From contig JAHDYR010000003.1 in NCBI GenBank assembly GCA_019828565.1, positions 310,001-374,000 of the forward strand: DNA of 64,000 nt, written 5' to 3'. A program made the position numbers and the translations under genes. Shown here piece by piece: positions 20,601-32,600 of the stretch. This stretch comes from Carpediemonas membranifera BICM. Taxonomy: Eukaryota > Protista > Fornicata. Under the pieces are notes generated by a model. That model did no database searches. It was not told the DNA's origin and was given only the letters and a program-made list of their open reading frames with translations. Each line of letters starts with the position of its first letter. Position 1 is the stretch's first letter.

Positions 20601-23600
20601 CATGCCCTTGTCGTAGGCACATCCGTGGTATATTGCGTCGCCTGCATGAGCCAGTGATTGTGTCTTGGCGCTGTTGGTTAGGGCCCACGTGCCTTCGGCC
20701 ACCGTGACGATCACACTGGTGGAAATGTTGAACTCGAAGACGGCGTACGTATCTGCAGCCGGAACTGTCGGATCGAGGCAGGCGACAGCGAGAGTGTCCT
20801 CGTCGGGCGAGATGTCCATTGCTTTGCCGATGTATTGGTAGCCGGTTAACGTGACCGAGGTGACCGGGGTGAGGGTCGATCCATTAAACTGGTAAACAAA
20901 GACCTGCGCGCCGGCTGTCGTGTACGGTGCAAACTCTTGCGTGCTGACCGCCACCGTGGACTCACGGGCAGCAGCGTGCCAGCCGTACCCAACGGTCCCA
21001 GATTCAGCAAAGGAGTCGACCCACGCCCACTCGTCGAGGACGAGGCGGTAGAGGTGGATGGCGCCGGCCAGGAGGCTTCCATCGCTGGCAGTTGCGTGGT
21101 AGTCGCTGAGGATGATGTGGCTGTCGCCAACCCTCGTGCCAGTGAAGGAGAATGAGTCTGACGCGAGACTATCGTCAGGCGGCAGGATCTGCTGGACGAG
21201 CTCGAGACTCCACCGGTCATAGATCAGGGCCGCTCCCGTGGTCCGGCCAGGGTTGAGGTCGGTCCCGCCATAGCCGCCCACGATGATGTGCTCGTCCATG
21301 ATGATTGTCGTCAGACCGGTCGGCTTCGAATCGTTGTTGGGCAGTGGAACGAGAGTGCCAGACTCCACCCAGCCCGCGGCCTCTGAGTATGAGAAGAGCT
21401 CAATGGTCAGCTCGCTCGAGCGCAGCCGTCGAACCGTGGCCAGACCCTCGTGGACATCAAAAAAGCCTTGGTTTGATCCATCGACCTCGAAGCGTTTGCC
21501 CTCAAGTATTTCTACGCAAGCAGTCTGGCCCGAGTTAGTCTCGAGGCCGGCGGGGCAGGGGTGGCAGGCCATGGAGTTGGCCGCTGATACAGTACCCGTG
21601 GGGCAGGCGGTGCAGGCGGTGAGCGATGTAGTGTAGGAACCAGCCGGGCACTTCCTGGTAAAGATGTTGACTTTGCCAACTTCAGGCGCCGAGATTGCAA
21701 AGGCTCCGCCGTCCGAGGCAGATTTGATTGACGCGAATTGATCCATAGATCCTGGGAGAACAGACGTGGCGAAAGAGTCAACCCAACGGTACCCATTGGT
21801 GGCGTTGAGGGTAACCCAGTACATCTGGCCGCTCGAGTTGATGTCGCCCGGGTCTCCTGGTGCACCGATGGCGATGTTATCGGCGTCCAGTTGTGCGATT
21901 GAGGACCCGAACCCTGCGTCACTGTTCGACAGGTCGGGTCGGGTAATGAGGGTCTGTAGGGGGTAGCCGACGCCGTCGTTGAGGTAGACGTACACCGCGC
22001 CGTTGTGGATGCTGTTGCCCGAGTTGGAGGTGTCGTGGGGGCTGCCGACGAGGATGAGGTCGTCAGTGACGAGGAAGTCTGCAACAGCACTGTTTGGACC
22101 AATGCCGAGATTGACTGACGTGTCCTTGTCCGCGAAGTCTGGGTATACTGAAATCATCCCGATATTTGACGAACATACCATCATTCTGCCGTAAACTGCG
22201 AAATTGTAGCATGAGTCACCGAAGTCCTGCGTGTCGATGTCGCTGCCGTCAGCGAGGTCGTAGGTGTAAATAGATCCGCCGGACGAACTGGCTATGAGAG
22301 TGAAATCAGAGACGTCGATTTGCCATCCAAAGAAGAAGGTATCAGAAGTTGGCGCATCGATGAACTCAATATCTTCAAATATGAATCCGTATCTCCGGAT
22401 CACACCGACTCTACCCTCATCCAAGTTGTAGTACGGGTCACCAAACAGGATAAAATCGTCTGTCACAACGAGTCTGGATGCCTCAGCGGTCAGGGCGGCA
22501 ATCTGACTGAACTGCGTCCAAGTGTGGGTGAAGGGGTCGAATCTTGCCATAATAAGATCGCCTAGATCGGGCACTGTGGCCACTAGTAGGTCACTTAGAG
22601 CTAGACTCGACCCGACGCTGGTGGAGACGGTGAGGGTCTGCTTATCGAACAGATGCACACATTCATTGCCGCTGCTGCTGAGCGTAGTCCCAGCTGGGCA
22701 AGCGCTGCACTCGACAGCGCCGGCCTTGGACACCGTGGACGTCGGGCAGGCCGCGCATGTGTGGAATGAGTCTGAGTACGAGTTAGCAGGACAGAACACG
22801 GTGGCTACGAGCGCCGTGCCGGGAACGGTCGGGGATCCGGTGTTGGCAGGGGCGCCCATGACGACCGTGGACTCAGAGGCTGAGAGACTGGCCCCCAGCT
22901 GTGTGTCAAAGTTCACTAGGCCAGTAATGAGATAGTCGAGCATCCAAACGGTATTGTGCTTGCTAATCACACGAACTGCACCGTCTTCGGAGTTGTGGGA
23001 CGGGATGCCGGCAAACACGGCCCGACCTGACGCAGCAAGGGATACGGTCCCGCCGTCTGGGTCGGTCAGGGTCTGGCTGATGGTCCAGGAGGGCGAGGCT
23101 GTCGTCCCTTTGTTGACAAGGACCTCGATCGTGCTGGTCGCAGTATTTGCAGTAAAGATTGTGAGATCATCAAGCATCAGGACCGCGTCCGATCCATTGA
23201 CAGGAAGTGACCAAGTGCACGCGACACCAGTACAGGCGCTGGGCCAGGGGGTGACGAACAGGGTTGGGCCATCGCCCACAACAAAATAGTCGGCGTGCAC
23301 AGCGAGTGAATCGCCGATGAAAGCGGCGGATGATTCGTCCCACGTGTCTGCGACCGGGTCGTATTCAAAGAGGTCAGTAGTGGCGTAGTACGCGTTGAGA
23401 GCAGCAATGTTGCCATCGACGAGACCGACCTTGAAGCAGTCAGACGCACCGACGAAGGAGGAGTGCTGTGTGACTGACCGCGGGTCTAGGCGATAGATGA
23501 TAGTCCCAGCAAACCCGGCTACGAGTACGAGCCATTCGGAGTCGATAGCGACGTCTTGGACGCCAAACGCGGTTGTCAGCATGGTCATTTCGACCCATCC

Positions 23601-26600
23601 GGAGTCACCGCGGGTGAAGAGGTAGGCATCGACACTTCCACCAGCCAGGACGAGGTTATCGCCGTACGTCGCCGTGGCTGTGCCCCAGAACCCGGTTCCA
23701 GCACTGCTGCCGGCTGGTGCCACCGTAGCGGTCGTGAGATCATCGTGGGTCCCGGTCTGATCCGCGTCTACTTCCCTACCCGGCGGGGGCAGCTCACAGT
23801 AGCGGGAATATGACTTGGACCATTGGCCAGGGGGACAGGGTTCGCAGGTCCAGAAGGTCGAGTAGGTGCCGGCGGGACAGAGACGGATCTGGGCGATGGC
23901 GTCGTCGTCAGGCATGACAGGATAGAATATGGCATTGGAGAGCACCTCGATGGTCGCACCCGCATTGTTGTCAGTAACACGGCCAAAGTGGAAGTCTACG
24001 TATCGTCTGGTGCTGTTGTCAAAGGCCATGACTTCAAGGGATCCGGGTCTGTTTGCACCGTCAAGGAAGTCTGGAGAGCCCGAGGAGAAGAAGCCATTAG
24101 AGGCAGCAAGGGTCTGGCCGAAATTGGTCATGTCAGAATACATCGAGCGGATCCACGTGAGCTGGGTCCACTCGCTGGTGTCTGCGTCGAGTTCAAAGGC
24201 GACCACGGCGCCCTGGGCGGTGCCAAACATGTCGGCGTCGGGGTCAGAGATCAGGAGGAGGTCGTTGACGTCGTCGTAGGCCATGAATGACCCGAAGCTG
24301 ACAGTCGCCGTCGGCAGGGTGGCTGTGATGACCTGGGTGATCGTGCTCCAGTCGGACTCGTCGACGGCGAAGACAGTGTTCGCCCCGGGGGCGCCGATGA
24401 ACAGCGTGCCGCCGTGCTCGACCAGGCTTGTGCCGAGGGCGTCTGCCCCGCGGCCAGCTACTCCGTCCAAGGTGATGGTGGCGACCATAGTTGCTGATGA
24501 CTCTGTGAGCTCGTAAATGACGACCACACCGGCGCCATTGATGATGGAACTGCTGCCAACAGCCACGTCAGGGGCACCCACTGCGAGGTAGTTGCCCCAC
24601 AGCAGGAGAGTGTCGCCGAACGACGGCTCCGCTGGTAAGATACCCTTTGTTGCGATCTTGACAAAGGCAGTCTGAACTATCCGATAGATCTCGACCGTAT
24701 TGGAGGCTCCGACTACGAGGAATCCATCGTTCATGTCCATGGACTTGCCGAACTCCGCGTCCGACACTGTCATGGTCGCTACAGGGATCGAGGGGTCTGA
24801 GTATGAGTTCATCGTCGCTCTGATCGTGACTACATTGTCATCACTGGCCGGGGCGAAGTGGGTGGAAAGGGCAATGAAGTCATCGGTCGCGGCAATCGCA
24901 TAACCGAAGTATGAATCAGTCGAGCCGGAAAGGTCCCTATGCACAGACTTAAAGACTGTCGGGAACCTGCAGTAAGTGTCAGTGTTCTGGTTAAAAGGAC
25001 ATGACTCACAGCCGTAACGCCAACTCGCCATGTATCCATTACCCTTTGCCGAACAGGGTTGGAACATAACTGTGAGACCACCCGCGTCCGTGTTGAGGGC
25101 AGGGGCGCCTACAGCTAGGAACTGGGTGTTGGAAGCGACTGAGGTGCCGAATGATGTTGCGGTTGAGTCGGCTGAGTCGAGGGAATAGTGATAAGCCCAG
25201 TCGGACCCGTCGTAGGCGATGAAGTGGGCCCGGCCGACGCCGCTGTTGTAGTCAGGTGCCCCTACGACGATGGTGTCTTCCTCATCAATGGCGACCGAAG
25301 ACCCGAAGCCCTCTGACTCAGGATAGGGCGCGGTGAGCGTCGTGAGAGGAGTCCATGCCCCATCGACGAGGGTCAGGACCGTGGCCGACCCAGCTCCGGT
25401 GACGCCAAGCACTGTTGCTGTGGGAGCGCCAACGACGATGGTGGTTTCTGTCGCAGCAAGGGCCATGCCGAAGCTTCCGGACCCAGCGATGGTTTGTGAC
25501 TCAGTGACACTGCCTGTGAGCTCAGCGGTGTAGTTGAGGACGTATACCTTGCTGGTGAGCGGGTCGGATGCCACGATGAAGGACGCGCCAGGGGAGATGG
25601 CGACAGAAGCTCCGAACAGGTCCCCTGCTGCGGTCAGAGAGCTCGTGAACACGAACTGCGGCTCCCAGTGGGCTCCATTGAATGAGAATACGTCCACTTG
25701 GCCGGTCAGGGTGTCCGGAGTGCCCGAGACAATGACGACATCAGTCATGGCAATGGCCGAGCCAAAGGAAGTGGGTGGGCCAGCGAGGCCGGACGGCTCG
25801 AGGGCGTCGAGCTGGTCGAAGGACGCGTCTGCCCTAGAGTAAACATAAACTTTCGCCTCGGACGGCGACCCAACGGCAAGCCAGTGCTCGGAGACGTCGA
25901 ATGACGCGGTGTGGGCGGCGGGCGTGGCAAGCGCGGAAGAGCTAAGAACCATCCCAGCGTCTTCCCAGGCCTTGGTTGCGGAGGAGTAGGTGTACCGTTC
26001 CACATTCGGTGTCATGGTCTTTGTGCCATAAAGTGCGAAAACCTGGTCGCCCTGAATTCGGACGACCGTACCGAGCTCTCCGGCGACGATGGGGGGAGGG
26101 GCGCTGTGGCTCTCGGCAGTGTATGGAGCATCACATCCAGTCTGGTCGGTGTTGATGGTGTATCCAGCAGGGCAAGCGCGACACTCAGGCCAGCCAGCCT
26201 CAGAGTACATGCCGGCCGGGCAGGGCTCGCATAGGCGCCATGAGACGGGCTTCTGGCCAGCGGGGCATACTGCGCAGGTCACGTAGACGTTACCGGGTGA
26301 GCCAGTCGGGGTTGAGGAGTAGAACACGCAGGCGTCGCCCGCAGCGATAGCCTGGCCGACCTGCTCGTTTGCAGTGGGTGTTATAGCCGAGAACAGCCTG
26401 GACTCGGTCCATGCGGCCTCGACGCTGTTGTATTGGAAGGATACAAAAGTACCAGCCTGAGAGGCAATGCCGATGTCAGCATCAGAAGCACTGGCGAGCA
26501 GGGCGGTCTCGTCCAGCAGCATGGCAGTGGGGATCACGCCACCAGAGTATGAAACAGTCTCTTCCAGTGAGAAGGAGGGTATCATGGACAGGATCTGTAC

Positions 26601-29600
26601 CGCACCCGTGTATGAACCGACAGTCTGCCCAGGGCACCCGACCGCGACGAGGACTCCAGAGGTTGACTCCACCGCCGCAAGGGTCGACCCGAAACTAACT
26701 CCGGAAGAAGCAGAGGTGTAGGTGGCGAAATATGGCATGGCAGCGGCGATAGCGCTCCTCTCATATGCATAGACGGCGTCATTATTAGGTGCTCCGACAA
26801 AGAAGTAGTTGTCCGTCATCGCGATGGAGTAACCGAAACCAGAGGACGCTGGGCCAGTCACTTGGACTTGGGTGAGCCAGTCGGTGCCGTCGTGTTCGAA
26901 CAGAATGATTGCGTCAATGCTGTTTGAGATAATCAATAGAGTGTCATCAACAACAAGGTTAGCTCCAAATCCGGCCACGGCGCTGCTAAAGGTGCGATCC
27001 ACAGTGAATTCTGGTCCACTGGTGATGGCGTAGACCACTACAGATGAAGCAGACGCCCGTACTGCGAGCCATGAGCTGCAGATCGCAACAGCACTGCCGA
27101 ATAGTGTGCCTGCTTCATCCAACTCGAGCACCAGGTCAACAAAAGGATCGCCCAGCAGCCCCTGGACCTGGTAGACGTAGGCATAGCCTTCAGTCGACCC
27201 GATAGCGACGAGGTCCCCATTGGCAGAGAGGGTTATGCCGAATTTGTCATCGGAGGTGGAACCAGAGATTACTGCCGATAATACAGAGACTTGGAAAGCA
27301 GCGTCACGTGCCTTTGTGATCTGCTCGCCCACCTCGACCGAGGTACAGCTCATCCGGTGCTTTGGAGCGAATGAGTTGTCTGGGCATTCGGCACAAGAGT
27401 ACCATGTGTCAGCGTAGTGGGCGATCGGGCACAAGGCGTTGAGGGTGAGCACATAGGTGGTGCCAGCTCCTGCGATGTCGTTCATTCCCATGGTGAGTAT
27501 GATCTTATCGCCGATGGCCAGGAAGTCTCCCGTCATTGGGCTACTGGGGTGTGAGAATATGGCCGTCTGCGCATAGACATCGAGGCCTCCGCTCTGGGCG
27601 ATCGGGTCGAATAAGAGAACGCAGCCTGTGTCCGCACCTCGCTTGCAGCCAGACCAGCCAGCGGCAACGTGACCGTCGTGAATGGCGATGTTCGTGGGGA
27701 AACGCCCAGTATCTCTCGGATCGTTTGGTGTGATTGCCGCGGAGTTCAATACCCACTGGTTCGCGGTGAATACGTATGCATACATTGCACCGCCAACGTC
27801 TGGAACATCGGGTGCGCCAACGATCATCGTATTGCCCTCCAAGGCGATAGACTGGCCGAAGCTGCCAGCTCCGCCGAGCTCCTCGAGATCAGAGATGAGT
27901 GTGCCCCAGCTGCCAGCCTGCTTGGCGTCCGTTCGGACCGAACCGAAGTAGGGGAAGCCGACGGCGTACTTGTCTCCGTCGATCGCGGCCGACGTTGCCA
28001 CCCCTTGTCTTGTCGACGTCGTGTCTTGAGCCCAATATTGTGACCCAAGAGAGTACTTATAAACGTCGATCGTAGTAAACGATGAGGATGGGTCGTCACC
28101 ATTCTTGTCTACCACGAGAATGCTGTCTCCGCTGACGTCGACGAGCAGGGAGTAGGCACCGGCCATGACAACGACGCTGGGGTTGTAAAATTCCTTGCCT
28201 GACCTGGTGAAGACAACAACAGCGTATGAAGATGAATCAGGCTGGTATGCCGACGTCACAAGCCAGTCGTCTGCCAGCCCGATGTCAAATCCGAGATGCC
28301 AGGGCGTTGAGTCGCCGCTAAAGTCGTCTACGAGATAGGTACACGGGGTGGCCCAGTCTTCCGCCCAGAAGCATACAGCGACCGAGAATCCGGCAGATGC
28401 GTACGGTGTGCCGCTGACGATCATGTCGCCCTCGGTGGCTAGGCCCATCGTGTTGACTAGGCGCCCATGTACTGTGGGGGCTGTGTAGTTGGCGCAGGTC
28501 TGGCCGTCGCCCACAGTGTATGGGGGGCAGTCAGCGCAGGAGTACCATGTGTCTGCGTGCTGGCCAGCGGTGCAGGTGGGGTGGATGCACGTGATGGCTG
28601 TACTCTGGGCGTCGGTGGCGAACATCACGCCAGAGCCCATCGTACTGGCGGGCTGACCGAAGCCCATGCTGTCGACGAGACGTTCGCTCGGCGGGAGGAG
28701 AAAGCCAGCGTCACCCATCGAAGACGGCGTGGGTTCATATCCCGAGACGGTGAAGGCGCCTGTGTCGTGGCCGTAAAGGGAGTAGCTCGTGGCCGATGAG
28801 ACGACCTGGTCCCCAAAGGCCCCGAGAGCATCGCCATAAGCTGCGGTGACGGCGCTATCGATGATATATGCGTCATAAATAAAGTCATGGAAGTGAATAC
28901 GAATGACCTCGTCGCTCTCAGCCGTGAAGAGCTCGTCGTGGCTGATCACGGCGACTTCATGGCCAAAGGATGGATCAGTGCCGATGGCAGCTTGGCTAAC
29001 AGACCACGAGGGCGTGTCAAACATAAAAACTGATCCGGGGTTGGAGGATGGGGCTGTTCTGACAGCTACGGCAAAGGAGCCGTCCGACATGATCTTGACG
29101 TCGATGGAGGCTCCGAACCGTTCTGATGGGCTGGGCACCGTGGCTGACAGAGTATGGTCCGGTCCGGTGGGCCAGCCCGACGACGAGTCGAACTCGAATA
29201 CGAAGACGACACCCGCGCCGGGCTGTCCGTTAGCGGAAGAAGTGGGCGCGCCGACAAGAAGACTGTCCCCCGCAAGGGCTAGACTCCATCCAAAGCCGGT
29301 GCCTGCGTCGGCGGGGGTCAGGGAGGCGGTGAGGTCCAGGGTCGACCGGGAGTAGACGAGGACGAGGCCGTCGTCGAACTCGGAGGAGACGGCGAGCCAG
29401 TCGTCGTTGATGGTCACAGCGAGGCCGACACAGCCTGAGGCAGGCGGGGTGAGGGTCTCCGTGAGAGCCCAGGCGGTCCCGTCATACACGTGGAGGAAGA
29501 CGCTGCCAGTGTCGGTGCCACAGCCCTCAGTGTAGGAGACCGCGGCCATGGCGTCCTTGTACGTGGAGATCGCCGTGACCGCCACACCCGGGTCCACCGT

Positions 29601-32600
29601 GCTGACCGTGTATTCTGGGACACAGGCCGTGTGGTCAGTGTTCGAGGCATAGTGCGGCGGGCACTTAGTGCACAGCGCCTGGAGGCCAGGTGAGAAGTAC
29701 CCGTCGGGGCATGGCCTGTAGTACCCACCGGCGAGCAGCTCCTCGCCTGGGAGTGCGTCTGAGTACGTCGGCAGGAGAACACCCAGCTGGTTTGCATTGG
29801 CCGCGCTGTGGAATATAGGAAGGCCGTCCACGAGTGTGAACTTGCCGTTGTAGTCCGTGGTACCGATGGCGTTTGTCACCGTGGCCCTTGACCGGACATC
29901 GAGCAGGTTAGTACTTGACGAGAAGGTCTGGCCCGTTGAAGCCACGATGTATCTCTCGCCGTTGAAGTAGCTAAACGACAATGGCGGGGGTGAGATGGTA
30001 TCTTTCACGGCCAGCCGCGTTAACCCTCCATTTGGTTCTCTACACCTGCGATAAACGCCGTACTTGAGATCGGAAGCTTCCCAAGAGACGAACAACGTCT
30101 CTGTGGCTGGATCAGCGATGATTTGTGCGATCGCGGCGGTACCTACACCGGCGTATGGGTCGATCCTTTGGGCGACAGAGAGGGTGGCACTGGGTACCTT
30201 GAAACCTCCCAGAGCAAACACAACGCTCTGTCCGCTCCAAACACCGGAAGCGTAAAGATAGTCATTGTCAATGGCGATGTGAGTGCCAAAGGAGTCTGGG
30301 GAAGGCGCGGAGAGGCTCCCATCGTTTCTCAAGGAGGACTTGGTCCAGTCGACCGTGCTGTAGACGTCGACGGCCTCGCAGGCAGACCCGGGGGCACTCA
30401 CAGCCACGTAGTCCCCGTGTGTGGCGATGCTGTCACCGTACTCGCAGTTCGGGACGTACTTAAAGAATGACCGGACATAAACTGCGGAGTCGTGGGTCAA
30501 CTCGAAGATGGAGATGCCGTGGGCGACGCCCGAAGCCGTGGGCGACCCGACGATGACGTGGCCGGAATCGGTCACCGCGACGGCTGACCCAAAGACGCTG
30601 GAGCCGACAGAGTTTGGCTTGGTCAAGAACGGTCCATGGCCGTGGAGTCCTGTGAAGTCAACGTCGAACAGGGCGACTTTGGAAGACCCGTCGGAAGCAG
30701 CGAGGAGGTGGTTCTTGGCGGCCACATCCGCTGTGGAGAACCCAATGTCGGAGAGCTTCGGAGTCAGGTCAATTCCAGCAAGGGCGAGTCGCTTTCCATT
30801 CTCGATTGAGTCACCAAAGGGAATAGGTCTGCACGCGACATCAAACCCAGTAGAATACCAGCCAGCGGGGCAATGCTCGCAAGTCTGGAAGGAGGGGCTG
30901 AAGGCAGCGAAAGCAGGATTCTGTGGTACGGCTAGGTCGCCCTGACAAGCAGTGAATGTGTAGTAAACCATGCCTGGTGAGATCGCACCAGTAATGAAGA
31001 TAGCATTGTTGTTGATAGCAACAGAAACAACATAATCGCCCGCAGTCGATAACCCGGCGTATGGGGCGCCAAGACCGGAACTCAGGATGTCGGCCTCAGG
31101 GGTCTTGCCAGATAGATCAAACACGTAAACATCGTGTATGTGGGCAACCGCGCACTTTCCAGTGTTCTGGTCACAGTCGATAAGGACAGGGGGCGCTGTG
31201 TTGGACACCGCGACAGTCTGCTGCTGCAGGGCAGTGGGGTTGGCGGCAGTGTCGGCGGAGTCAAATAGGGAAAACGTGAGAATGCTCGTGACGGACAAAT
31301 CCACAACTAGAGTGTATGTGTCAGTTGCTGCCACGCCTTTCAAGTCGTTACTTCCAGATCGGGGATATGTGTGGACAAAACTAACGACGCCCGAGGTACC
31401 GGGATTAAAACTCGCCAGCGTGTACTTGTATACCTCTTGATCGATGAAGTTACATATGAACAAGTGATTCTCGGTCATAATCATTTGATAGCCAAACGAT
31501 GGGTCGACCGTTCCTCTCGTCTGCAACTTCGAGACGAAGTCAGCGCCATAGTACACGACGACGACGCTCTCACCGCTACTCACGGCAGTGGCAGCGAATA
31601 CAGGTTTGGATGGGTGGACAACGATAGCTTTCCCACCAAAGTTCGAGAGAGATCGGTCACTTGCAGCGATAGAGAGTAAAACAGCGGACAGGCTGTAGCG
31701 AATGTCGTAAATCTTGACGTAGCCATCATTAGGTGTGGAGGCATCAGTACCTACGACCGCGTAGAAGTCGCTGGCAGCCACTGCCGAACCGTACTTGTAA
31801 GCAACGCCTGCCGAACCCAAGAGAACTGTGAACGTCGGGGCGGGGTTGTTGATGAAGTCGTCAACGGTGTGGAGGTAGACTGCGCCAGCACTCGAGCTGA
31901 AGTCTGGGTCCCCTCTCATAAACAAGTTGCCGGAAACAGCAATGATGGGCGTAGTGGGTGTCATACTGACTCCTCCAGACTCCTGAATGGTGCTGCACTC
32001 GGTGATGTCCGCGAGGTTGGACACGCCGTTGGAGCAGGCAATGCACGGGTCGTCGTAAGTTGATGCTTCATAGGGCCCGACCATTTTGGACCCAGAGCGA
32101 CAAATCGGGACGGCCATGACGATCTCACTGCTGGGCTTTCCGAAGGCCACCCAGGAGTCCGTGGCAGTCACGACGGAGCCGATGTCCGCATGAGATGTCT
32201 GGACGAAATACGCCAAGGTTATGTAGATTTCCCTGGTATTGTGCTCACCGATGGAGGCAAAGTAGGTCTCGGACCTTCCTAAGCCGGCCGAGGCACCTAC
32301 AGCGTAAGAGCAACTTGGGGAGAGGCCAGTGCCGGTGCGGACAATAGTGGTGGTTCCATCGAAACCAGAGGAGAATTCGAGATCCATCGATAAAACACGA
32401 ACAGCGAAGTTGGTGCCGTCAGTTATGGTGGCGAGCACGGCATACTCACATGCGTCCATGCTTACAACTTCGGCAGGGGTGCCATCAGGCATAACCAGAG
32501 CGAGGTGGGTGTCAAGGACGCCGTCGAAGGTGTATGAATCAATGTAGCCGCCACTGCTGAGCCAGCTGAAGAGGATATGAGTGTTGGAGATGGCTATGTC